NCBI GenBank assembly: GCA_951406725.2
Contig: OX597842.1
Coordinates: forward strand, 8,184,001 to 8,248,000
Source: Octopus vulgaris
Lineage: Eukaryota
Direction of reading: 5' to 3'
DNA: 64,000 bases
The number at the start of each line of letters is the position of its first letter. Within the stretch, counting starts at the first letter, position 1. The position numbers and the translations under genes were made by a program. Below are positions 35,172 through 46,199 of this stretch, in pieces. Below the pieces are notes generated by a model that was not told the DNA's origin, did no database searches, and saw nothing but the letters and a program-made list of their open reading frames with translations.

Positions 35172-36593
35172 TCATCGACGGATAAATACCTTCCAGGGTT
35201 GTAAAATTTGTTGTAGGCATTTTGAACACCGTCAATGAGGGGTCTTATTTTAAATAAGGGATCAAAGTTTGGTTCTCCACATACTGGGGTACTGCTAGTG
35301 TCTCTCACATGTAAATACTGGCTCAGTTTCACAAATCGTATTCGGGTCATAATACTGGAAACATACTGATCTCCAAAAAGTTCCTGATTGCTCCAGTAAT
35401 TCGTAATTCTGGGCAACTGCCTTATGCCCATAATAATATTTATGGCAAAAAATGCCCGCATTTCTTCTATAGTTGCTGGATACCACAAGCTATCTTTTTT
35501 TCGAGCTTGTTTACTTTCTGCATAACGATTCGTCTCCGCTGTTATTGCTTCAAACAAGCATACAGGAAAAAAAAAAAAAAGTCTATTGGTCTTGCTTCCT
35601 GAGAAAGACTATGGGTAGACCCCGTCTCCTCAGAAAAATCGTTAATCGACACTTTTTTTAAATTGTTACTCCATTCTGGTGTAAATTTATCCTTGTTTGT
35701 GTCGCTGCTTTCAGTCTCTGATGAATCGCTTTCGGATACTGAAATATCCGATTCGAATGCATCCACCACGTGCTTTTCTGCTTCTTACGTTCCTCTCCTC
35801 GAAATCTCCATATCTTCTCTTGAAAAACCTTCAAATTCGGAGTCACTGCTTGATAGCATAAAACTGCTCTCCATTTTGAAAGTTGAAAAAAATTTCCCTT
35901 GATAAAAATGTGGAAAAAAATCTCCAAAAATTCTCAGAGTTCAAATATCACACCAAACAATGTCGGATACAATAACTCAAGTGTTAGCAAAGTGAAATCA
36001 TGTGTTTTAACGAGTGTACCAACGAGATTTGGGTTCAAATTTACATTTAAATAACAATAGCTTCTCACGGCCGGGTATGGCTGGGTTAGTAACATAAACC
36101 AAAAAGTTTTACGGCCGGGTATGGTCGAGTTAGTAACGAAAGGGTTAATAACGTGATTTGTTTATTTTTTCAGCGATTTCATAGAGCGGTCGGATTTGGC
36201 CGGTTTGAACAAATAAAGGGGAATTAATTTTGGCCGGTTACGGCTGGTTTGAACACTAAAGTATTAAACCTACTTTCTTCAGACCAAGTGTTGCGTCGAA
36301 GAATTTCCGCCTTGACAGACGCATAGGTGGCGTCTGGGCTAGGATCTGTAATTGCGATCTCCAGCAGATGTGGTGAGTTGTATTATAACAACATCTGATA
36401 ATCTGATTGATCATGTCATATTTCTTTGTGCATGAAGTCTGTCTGCTTCAAAGAAGGTTTTCCTATAAATCTTACAATGATATTCTTTAACATTTCTGCA
36501 TAATGGTCTTTGTTTAGTAAATGCTTCACTGCATAAAGGTTTCTCACTGATGTCCGTGCAGTTTCTAGTGAAGTGACTCCAATTTCTTATCCT

Positions 36594-36983
36594 ATACTCT
36601 TTTTTTACTCTTACTTGTTTCAGTCACGTGACTGTGGCCATGCTGGAGCACTGCCTCTAGTCAAGCAAATCAACCCCAGGACTTTGTAAGCCTAGTACCT
36701 ATTCTATCAGTCTCTTTTGCTGAACTGCTAAGTTACGGGGACATAAACACACCAGCATCGGTTGTCAAGCGATGTTAGGGGGACAAACACAGACACAAAC
36801 ATATACACACACATACATACATATATATATATATACATATATACGACGGGCTTCTTTCAGTTTCCGTCTACCAAATCCACTCACAAGGCGTTGGTCGGTC
36901 CGAGGCTATAGTAGAAGACACTTGCCCAAGATACCATGCAGTGGGGATGAACCCAGAACCATGTGGTTGGTTAGCAAGCTACT
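36594..36983 (-). mobile_element. SINE S1 body and tail, cut at the Tx1/HAL1 target site
   Basis: Matches S1 up to ggttagcaagctact, then switches to the retroelement 3' end; the missing head is at 39020..39058. Confidence 0.9.
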
Positions 36984-39019
36984 TTATTTCAAAACATTTG
37001 CCATAAAGGCAGTACAGAGATTAAGTTAGCTTTGCGGGCTGGACGAGGACATTAATGAAGTGAATGATAATGAAAGACAGATGATAAGGATGGGAGAAGA
37101 CAAAAAGCGCCCGCCGACTTTCGCTTCTCTAAAACATTGTTCTTTTTAAACACAAAACGAGGTATTAAACCTCTTACAATTTTTCCAATTTTTGGACTTA
37201 GCAGTCCATTATTAATAAAAATGCAAAACGAGGTATTAAACCTCTTTCAATTTTCCAATTTTTGGACTTGGTAGTCCATTATTAATACTAACAGTTCAAT
37301 AATTACATATCGTCCTCGAAATAGCTTGTGCCCGCGCCCTCCACCATCAACCACGCCTCCCTCAGAACGTAATCAAGTTCCGAGTTCGCGTCGCCAGGGA
37401 CCAAGCTATAATCTTCATTGAGCTCCTTTAGCCCAAGCGTCACGTCGAACGCCATGGCCTCCACAGCTATCTGCGGAGGCCATTCGGGGTCCTGTGTGAA
37501 GGCTAAAGGAGCTCCCTTGTGGTACTCTTCCATTTTTTTTTCAATTTCTCCTCCTCTATAGAAGAGGACCAATACGTTCAGTTCTTTCGTTGGCGGCACA
37601 GTTCCCGCCAACGTCTGCGGCTCATGGATATCAGCTGCCCGACCTTTTTCTCCTCCTTCTTTTGGGGGAGACTGCTGACCCAGGGGACTCCGTCACCAGA
37701 CACGGGGGATTGCTATCCCCCTCCGCCACCTGAGCGTTCTTTGGCGAGCAGCCATTGTTGCTCGCCTGTCTCTTTCTTTTCGTGGAGGCAACCTCCTCCA
37801 TGACTTTCACCGTCTCCCCCTCCAATGAGGGGGCGGCGGGCGCCTTTTCCCCTTCATGCTCCGGGGCACCACCACGGCCCCCGGGACAATTCCTCTTGAT
37901 ATGTCCGGGCTTCAGGCACAGGTGACACTTGGGGGGCGTCCCTCGAGTATCACCGGGTACTTGTGCCCAGCCATTCTCAGGAAGTCCGGGAATTTCATTT
38001 CTCCCACGGCCACCGGTGTCCACAGGGTCAAAGTTGCCTTTGACCCCTCCCAGGCGACCGCGGGAGCCATTTTCACACTCAGTAGCCTGGGTCCGCTAAC
38101 CCCCAGGCCTCGCCGGATGGTCTTCTTGATCCATTCCGCCTCCGTGCCCGGGGGCAGCCCACAAACCCAGGCTCTTTTTACTTTTCTGCCACAATACGAG
38201 GGGAGGAACAAAATTTCCTCTCCCTCCGGTGGCTCGCTAGCAAATCTGCTAGCTTCCTCGGGGGTACCAAACAGCAACCACACCGTTGCAAATTTACTCC
38301 CCCGAGAAATAAACTTTATCGTTGGTAGGTGGTCCCCCAACTCTTTCTCTATGGTGCTCCTGTCGAAGAGGGCGATAGCTCCACGCGACCTAGAATAGGT
38401 TCATAGGACCACCGTCCTCTTCTCAAGACTTTCAATCCACTGCTTGGGTGGGACAACCTCCCATTCCAAAGCAGTGGTTTCTTTTGTTGCCATGATTTTG
38501 AAAAAAAAGTTCAACTAAAAGTTCAAAGTCCAATAAGAAAAAAACACAATGACAGAATGGAAAGACAGAGCAGAGAAAAGGACGAAGGAAGACAGTTCAA
38601 ATAATGGCAACACAGTTCTGCAACTGGTAATCCTCACGAAACAGGGTACTCCTAGTTGCAGCACACTTGGTTCTCCGTGGTAAATCCAAGCACAATTGGT
38701 TCTCCGTGGTAAATCCAAGCGAACAAATTAATTTTTGAGGAGGGGCTATGCCTCTTCAAAATACACAATTCTCACTAAAAGGTGAAACAATAAATACGCC
38801 AACAGGCAGAACAAATACATCCGAAGCAAAGTGAAGCTTATTACGTGCAGAAAAGTGTTAACACTAATTAACATTAATGCCAAAAAAGTATTAACGGCAA
38901 GCAATAAACCTCACTATGCTTCCAAAAATATCCAAAATGTCCTACCTGTTGCCGTAAAATGTTCAATAATTCACGTTAACACGTGACATTTGCCGGAGCA
39001 AAAAACAGCACGTCTGTCT
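36984..39019 (-). mobile_element. Apparently complete ~2.0-kb ORF1-only (HAL1-like) element, family B/A type, inserted in SINE S1
   Basis: 5' end AGACGTGCTG, ORF1 (ISRGSKFATVWLLF, LFLPSYCGRK, CHLCLKPGHIKRNC, C-terminal ...EDDM*), 3' UTR ending in AATAAA. Flanked by ggttagcaagctact / ggtaagaagctact. Confidence 0.8.
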
Positions 39020-39058
39020 GGTAAGAAGCTACTTACCACACAGCCATTCCTACGCCTA
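39020..39058 (-). mobile_element. SINE S1 head fragment (other half of 36594..36983)
   Basis: ggtaagaagctacttaccacacagccattcctacgccta. Confidence 0.85.
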
Positions 39059-39109
39059 TGCATCTAAGCTTTGCAATGTCCACCTACAGATTGCAAATCA
39101 GATGTCCAG

Positions 39110-39267
39110 TCCAATATCCCAAAGGTTGGCACTTCAACCCACACCGCAAAAGCATTGTGAGATATCCTTCTTGATTTCTGTGTAAATTTGTCGGAGTCTA
39201 ATGCACCTAAAATAATGGGTACAAACAAGACTTTAATTTCAGGGTACAAGAGCTGTAAGTTCCACAT
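39110..39267 (-). mobile_element. R4/Dong-like restriction-like endonuclease C-terminal fragment
   Basis: LQLLYPEIKVLFVPIILGAL motif in ORF 39064..39303. Confidence 0.55.
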
Positions 39268-39688
39268 TCTTCTTCTTAATCCTTTTTGCCCCTTGTGGAG
39301 CATAGGGCCTCAACAGTTGTTTTCCACTTTTTGCGGTCATTGGTGTGTTTCTTGGTTGCTTCCCATGTCAGGCCGGTGGTCCTGAGCTCGTCCAAAATGC
39401 TCTGCTTCCATGCCTGCTTCGGGCATCCTCACTTCTTTTTCCCCTGCGGGTTCCAGTCAGGTGCTTGTCGTGTCACATTTGAGGGTTCTTTCCACAGTGT
39501 GTCCAATTCATCTCCATTTCCTTTGTCTAATCTGAACATGTATGGGCTCCTGGTTGGCCCTTTCCCACAGGTCGGTGTTTGGCACTCTGTCGAACCACTT
39601 CAGATGGAGGATCTGCCGGAGACATTTGTTGATGAAGGTCTGGATCTTCTTGTAGTTGCTGCAGGTGGCTCTCCATGTTTCAAGTTCC
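39268..39688 (-). mobile_element. 5'-truncated RTE-type LINE with 3' end and (GAA) tail
   Basis: ORF 39508..39690 plus a VEALCSTRGKKD* end and taagaagaag tail. Confidence 0.8.
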
Positions 39689-41209
39689 ACATTAATTCAC
39701 ACTAAATATTTTCATCTTCCTGGACATTTGATTATACATTCACATCCTCTGGGAAGCTGGCTTCTACAGCAGCACAAGACTTTTCTTTTCTGTTCCATAG
39801 AGTAATATCCGGTCTTATATTTGCACCAAATGGATATTTTTATTGGGATGTTCCATCAGTATTTCTTGATTTTAACCCCTTAATGGACCAATTATTTTGA
39901 CATGGTGTTTCATTTCGGAGCATATTTTTTTATTTCCTTTTTTAATTATATACACTGTGTTAATTACAAAAAAAAAAAAAGTTTTTTTATCTTGTTTCCT
40001 TTATTTCTTATTATAGAAATTAAAATGTCCTTTCACTCATTTGGATTTAAACGAGTTAACTCAGACATTGAAAAAATACATATAACTCAACTATCTTTGA
40101 GCAGTTTTCTGCTAGCCACTTGATAATATTTTCACATGATATTCTACATCTAATTGTTTGTATAATAGTACTCAATTGCTTTTTGGATTTGGTTTGCAAG
40201 ATTCTTTATATGAATTCGTGTGTTGAAGCATATTCTGTTGTGTCTAGGAACAGTCATTTTCTTTTTGTGCCTTATAATTTAACATACTCACCGGTAAAAT
40301 TTCCACTTATTTCTTTTTTCTTTTTCTAAAATTTTCGTTGCATCTTCAAACCTTTTCAATAGTTTTGACTCTGTCCGTTATTCACACTACGTCCTTTTTG
40401 TTAGTTTGTGCACATGTGTGTGGGTCAGTGTGTGTGTGTGTGCATACACATGCATGTATGTATATATGCATACGTGTGTATGTATGTATACATGCATGTA
40501 TGTTGTGTGTAAATTTGTATATATGTATTCTGCATATTCATCTGTTTGCATGTCTGTTGTTTCGTTTCGTTTAACGTCCCCTTTCCATGCTTGCATGGGT
40601 TGGACGGTTCAACTGGGGTCTGGGAAGCCAGAAGACTGCACCAGGCCCATTCTGATCTGGCAGTGTTTCTACAGCTGGATGCCCTTCTTAACGCCAACCA
40701 CTCCGAGAGTGTAGTGGGTGCTTTTTACGTGCCAGACGAGGCTGGCAACGGCCACGATCGGATGGTGCTTTTTACGTGCTTATGTTTTTATGTATGTGTG
40801 TGTATCTCTGTCTCCTTGTGTGTGTGTGTGTGTGTGTTTTGCAACTATGTACCGTGTTTGTATGTATAGATGTGTTATCTCCATATGTGTGGACATGTGT
40901 CTCCATATGTGTCCTTGTGTGAAGTAAAGTGTGTGTGTATATATGGTCATGTGTTTCAGTCTTCATTTGTGTATGTGTGTGTACGTGTGCTTGTCTGTTC
41001 ATATAACCTATATACCTATCCGTCTGTATGTCTATCTGTTTACTTTCGTATCCATATGCTTACATACACATGCATATACATAAACACACACACACATACA
41101 TCTATCTACATAACAGCCCACTAACTATTCTATTCTACCTGTGTAAACTGTAGGTATGGAGGTATGATATCTACTATGTATATTTCCTATTTATTATTGG
41201 GAAGTTTCA

Positions 41210-41765
41210 TTTATGAGGATGTACTCCTGTATTTGTCTGAGTGTTGGGTCCTTTGGGTGCTTGGATAAGATGCGGGTGTCAAGTTTACCCAGGTTGCCTC
41301 TATGTTGGTCCTTGGCATGTTGGTAGAGTATGGAGGACTATTTTTTTGTCATCATTTAGTCTTTCTGCAATGCTCCTAGATGTCTCCCCTATGTACATCA
41401 TGTTCATGTCTTTACAAGCACCTTCTATGCATCTTATGCTGTGATCTACACTTCTAGTTCTACAGTTAATGCCAGGGCTAATCCTACATACCATGCAGTT
41501 ATCATTGGTGCATTTGGTATTCTTAAAGGGTAAGTCCTACATAGTCGTGATCTGACGGAGTTCCCTGGCTTTTCAACAATCTTAATGTTGAGTTTGGTCT
41601 CCTTCAGAGCAGTCCTAAATCTATGGGCTAGTTCTCCATGGGCTGTGGCCTCTACAAACATCACTTTTTGATATTTGTTGGTTTTATACCATGTGTTCGC
41701 CCTGTTTGTTTTGTCACAAGCTCTTTGTATTCTATTCAATTCTTTGTTTCTATATCTAGAAATGT
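41210..41765 (-). mobile_element. Penelope RT-linker/GIY-YIG fragment
   Basis: WYK...VMFVEAT.HGELA...IKIVEKPG; YIGETSRSIAERL. Confidence 0.8.
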
Positions 41766-41769
41766 CTGC

Positions 41770-42170
41770 AAATGTCTGTGGTTTTGCCACCCGTATGGCA
41801 CAATATGTGGTTGTTCAGCTCTTGGAAATCTAATACTGGCCTGACTTTATGCTTCATTGGCTGCACCACTGCCATCAAGGGTAGTACTCTACTCTCCACT
41901 TTTTCCTTCCAAAGGATCAGAATTCCTTCTTTGATCCACCTCTCCCTTGAACTCGCTTCAGTCATGCCCTTTCAAGGTATGCTGATACCGCCGTACCATC
42001 TAACACGCCTGCTCTATATGCTGTCCACCGCTAACTGACTGCTTGCACCTTGCCAACCCCACATGCCCACCACGGCCCTTCTGGTGGGACCCACAGGTCC
42101 CATGTCCAACATGCTTACTCCCTCACTTCCGGTCCTTCCCTTCAACACAGCTTGGCTCATAACACCACAA
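41770..42170 (-). mobile_element. LTR retrotransposon RT N-terminal fragment
   Basis: WIKEGIL...LPLMAVVQPMKHKVRPVLDFQELN. Confidence 0.6.
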
Positions 42171-42207
42171 TCACTTAAAAAATTTTTTTACAAAAATTAT
42201 ACGAGTA

Positions 42208-42273
42208 TAGGCACAGGAGTGGCTGTGTGGTGAGTAGCTTGTCTACCAACCACATGGCTCCGGGTTCAGTCCC
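42208..42273 (+). mobile_element. SINE S1 head (plus orientation) abutting the truncated Tx1 ORF1
   Basis: aggcacaggagtggctgtgtggtgagtagcttg...ccgggttcagtccca. Confidence 0.85.
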
Positions 42274-43308
42274 AGGAAGGAGCTGCAGGTCCTCCTGTGT
42301 TCCTTGAATTATTACATTAATGTCTCGCCCAAGCCAATATAGAGGGGCAGAGCATGTTACTTGTAGTATTTTAATTTTGTCCGTCCTTTTATTTAACAGG
42401 GCGGCCACTACCTCTACGGGATCTACTTCTGGCGGTGCTTCTGCAATCCTGACCCGGGATGTCCTGCATCCCCTATAGGTTGGCAGAAGTACCACCTCCT
42501 TGGTTTTTAGGGGATTCACAGAATGCCCACGGGCCACCTCTTCCCCCGAGAAGTGGACCTCCACAGTGCCATATGCCCGTCCCCTGGCGACGTACACAAT
42601 GTCCTTCCAAATCGGGGACAGGCATTTCTCGATAGTATTCTTTTCAAAGTGTTTGAACCTTCTGCTTTGTGGACGGAAGGTTTTAAACACTACGGTCCGC
42701 TTCTCGGTCTCCACGATACTGGCGGAGGGTGATATTTTAACATCACCACCCTCCTCTTTCATTCTTTTAAATAGCTCGATGAGCTGATTGACATTGATGT
42801 CAATGTTCTTGGTTGCCACTGCGGCTACCGTCGAAAATTTTTTACTACAGTTATCAACATTGCTCTCCTCTAGAGCACTATTTTCGTGAATAATCTCAAC
42901 AGACATTATTCTGTTGAAATTAGTAATAGACAACACAAAAAATACAAATATTAGTTTCCCACAAAACTGGGAAACCTAAAAAAGTTTCTTCCAAGCAGTT
43001 CAAAAATTAGGTTTAATTCCCACCCCCATTCGGGGGAGGGGCACGAAGATAGTCTGGCAAGACTAACAGTCACGTAGATAAAAAAGCCACAATGGCTAAC
43101 AGTTCAACAGTAACAAATTATCCAATTATTCCCCGGTAAAACTGGAGAACAAGACAGTTCAACAACGTTCAAAAACAAATTTTCAGTAGTAAAATTCAAC
43201 AAGTTCCAGATGGTACGAAGTAATATTAACAACACAGCAAAACTCTTACCGGGAAGAAAATGCGTCCAAACTGTAGTAAGGTAAGCAAAGTCACTCTTCA
43301 GTCAGTGA
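42274..43308 (-). mobile_element. Tx1-type family C 5' UTR plus ORF1 N-terminal half
   Basis: ORF 42175..42936 (MSVEIIHE...EKRTVVFK...IEKCLSPIW...RGRAYGTVEVHF...LLPTYRG) is a paralog of 47440..48258. The 5' end abuts ggttagcaagctact. Confidence 0.8.
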
Positions 43309-43323
43309 GGTTAGCAAGCTACT

Positions 43324-44670
43324 TTATTTCAAAACATTTGCCATAAAGGCAGTACATAGAGTAAGTTGGCTTTGCGGGCTGGACAAGGACATTAATGAAG
43401 TGAATGATAATGAAAGAAAGATGATAAGGATGGGAGAAGACAAAAAGCGCCCGCCGACTTCTGCCTCTCTAAAACATTGTTCTTTTTAAGGATAAACACA
43501 AAACGAGGTATTAAACCTCTTTCAATTTTTCAATTTTTGGACTTAGCAGTCCATTATTAATAATAACAGTTCAATAATTACATATCGTCCTCGAAGTCGC
43601 TTGTGCCCGCGCCCTCCACCATCAACCACGCCTCCCTCAGAACGTAATCAAGTTCCGAGTCAGCGTCGCCCGGGACCAAGTTAAAGTCTTCATTGAGCTC
43701 CTTTAGCCCAAGCGTCACGTCGGACGCCACGGCCTCCACAGCTACCTGCGGAGGCCATTCGGGGTCCTGTGTGAAGGCTAAAGGTGCTCCCTTGTAGTGC
43801 TCTTCCATCACTTTTTCAATTTCTCCTCCTCTATAGAAGAGGACCAATACGTTCAGTTCTTTCGGTGGCGGCACAGTTCCCGCCAACGGTATTCCTTCTC
43901 TTGTCGGTGGCACAACCCCAACCGACGTAGTTCCGGGACATTCCGGTGCTACACTGACAGTCGGTAATGTCCCGTTTTTCTTCCTCTTTTTCTTTTTTTT
44001 TTCCCTTTTCAACTGAGGGAGGGTGCGTCTCCTCCGTGGCTGGAAGATTCACCTTCCTCTCCTCATCCCTATTATCCTTTGGTGAGCACCCATTGTTGCT
44101 CACCTTCCTCTTCGGCCTCTGTTTGAGGAGTCCTCTGCTTTCTCGGCCGTTATCATTCCCTCTTCTAGAGGGGTTTTACTTAACTGTTCTGGGAGCCTAT
44201 TTTGTTCCCGGGGACAGTTCTTCTTTATGTGGCCGGACTCCAAGCACCGATGACACTTAGGGGGCGACCCTCAAGCATCACCGGGTACCTGCACCCGGCC
44301 ATTTTCAAAAAATCTGGAAAAACCAGATTGGCTGATTGGGTCCACAGGGTCAAAATTGCTTTTGACCCAACCCAAGCAGCCGCAGGAAGAACTTTTACAT
44401 TAAGGAGCTTAGTTTCGCTGCCACCCAGACCCCGGCGGATAGTCTCCTCTATCCACTCGGGTTCTATGTCGGGTGGCAGACCGCAAATCCAAGCTTTCAT
44501 CAATTTCTTTTTTTTGTACGTGGGCAGGAATAAGATTTCCTTACCCTCCAGGGGTTTGCTAGTGAGCACCCATTGTTGCTCACCTTCCTCTTTCGGCCTC
44601 TGTTTGAGGAGTCCTCTGCTTTCTCGGCTGTTATCATTCCGTCTTCTAGAGGGGTTTTACTTAACTGTTT
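43324..44670 (-). mobile_element. ORF1-only (HAL1-like) element family A', 5'-truncated, intact 3' end
   Basis: ORFs 43578..44012 and 44225..44569. The 3' junction ctact-ttatttcaaaacatttgcc is identical to that at 36981. Confidence 0.8.
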
Positions 44671-44679
44671 CTCCAATTA

Positions 44680-44900
44680 TAATAGGTATGAGGCTAAAAA
44701 ATGTATCTTAGGTACTTGATTTGCAAACCCCTTATCAATGGTCCTTTTTTGTAATTTTCTTGCCACTTTGGTGACCAGGGGACAGCTGATTTCCATAACA
44801 ACATATCTTTTCCTTGTAGTCCCACACAATATCTGGTTAGTTGTATTTTTACTTGGTGGTTGTTTTAATTCTAAATTTCCACCAATATTCTTTACACCAT
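44680..44900 (-). mobile_element. R4/Dong-like RLE fragment, degenerate
   Basis: Minus translation with N*PDIVWDYKEKIC and a frameshifted EISCP. Confidence 0.45.
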
Positions 44901-45404
44901 TGGTCTTTTAGGTGGTGAGAGGAGTATTTGCGATGGTGATGGTGGAATATTAGAGACTCGAGGTAGGCGTGTGGGTAGTGTTCATACATACCTTTTTGTG
45001 GAGAGCAACCAATAAAATCAAGCAATGAGGATATTTAGTGAAGATAATTTATTCCTTGTAATATGCTATGGCATCCTGGTATGTAAGGCTTGCAGAATCA
45101 ATGTGTGTGAATTCAGCATTATTAAATGATACCTACTGTGAGACAGGCATCACAAAACCATATGTGGGGCACTGAAACAAAGAGAGATGGTTAGCAGTCC
45201 AAGTTGTTGACAGCTGGGAAGATGACTGCCAAAAGAAAAGAAAAAAAAGAAGTCTGTCGTGTTCTTTATATCTCTTTCACCATTTGTTATCTGTAAGGGC
45301 TGTTATGTGTTTTGCACATGCGTCATGGCTGCCTGCTGTGTTCCTTCCTGGCTTTTATGTTTAGCCCTGAGTCAATCCAAGCACAGGCATGATGGGTACG
45401 CTAC

Positions 45405-45780
45405 ATACTCCCTTGGGCAGGGTGGATGGGTATTTGGTGATAGGCCTGGACAAGATCTGGTTTCGAAAATATAGTACTACCATGTAGCAAAGCTGTGAAA
45501 TCCTGCAAGTTTGTAATGGGATAGTGGTCTGGGACCGTGATGGTATTAAGGCATTTATAGTCCCTGCAGGGTCGACAGTTGGCAGATGACTTCTTCAGTG
45601 CCATGTGTAATGGAGAAGCTCAGCTCTAGGAAGCAGGATGTACAATTCCAAGCTGTAACATGTTTTTGAATTCCGCTTTTGTAACCTTAAGTTTTTCTGC
45701 TGACAAACGTCACTACTGAGAAAAGACAGGTGAGCCCATGGTTGAAATGTGGTGTTCTACAGTGTGAGTTATCTTTTCCA
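45405..45780 (-). mobile_element. Gypsy RT fragment
   Basis: SPLHMALKK...RPCRDYKCLNTITVPDHYPI..LQDF...STIFSK.DLVQAYHQIP. Confidence 0.8.
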
Positions 45781-46010
45781 TAGGACATGGGTTGCATTAA
45801 CTCTGGGAATGACCACAACATTGCTTTCTTAAGCTGTTCTCCATCCTCAACTGTTTCATTTTCCTGTTCCTTGAGCCCTTCTTTCCTTTTACTAATTGGG
45901 TCCCATATTTTTTCCCTCCAAAGGGTTCAATTCTTGTATCATATTCTGAGATTGCTAATTTCCCAGTTTCTCCTCTGTGGATCACGTCATTTTATATAAA
46001 GCTTTGTGAA

Positions 46011-46175
46011 GGCGCATGGCTTAGTGGTTACGGTATTCAGCACATGATCATAAAGTCGTGAGTTCAATTCCTGGCAACTCCTTGTGTCCTCGAGCAAGAC
46101 ACTCTATATCATGTTGCTCCAGTCCACTCAACAGACAAAAGTGAGTTCTACCTGTAATTCAAAAGGGCCAGCCTT
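46011..46175 (+). mobile_element. Second tRNA-derived SINE family, 5' part
   Basis: A box tggcttagtgg, B box gagttcaattcc, followed by gtgtcctcgagcaagacact. Confidence 0.65.
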
Positions 46176-46199
46176 ATTTGATGTTCGGATGGTCAAGTC

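Larger units (their letters stand above)
27952..36148 (-). mobile_element. piggyBac DNA transposon with both TIRs and TTAA duplications, interrupted by nested retroelements
   Basis: ttaa-ccttttcgttacta (27952) and tagtaacgaaaggg-ttaa (36131-36148). Transposase pieces ETNRYA...LSVDE, YKGRVRFRQYMPGKPTKWGIK...DRFFSS...MGGVD. C-terminal Cys-rich HKLEKIGGRKRQCREC...CAFCQVAVCRVGCF at ~28608-28780. Confidence 0.88.
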
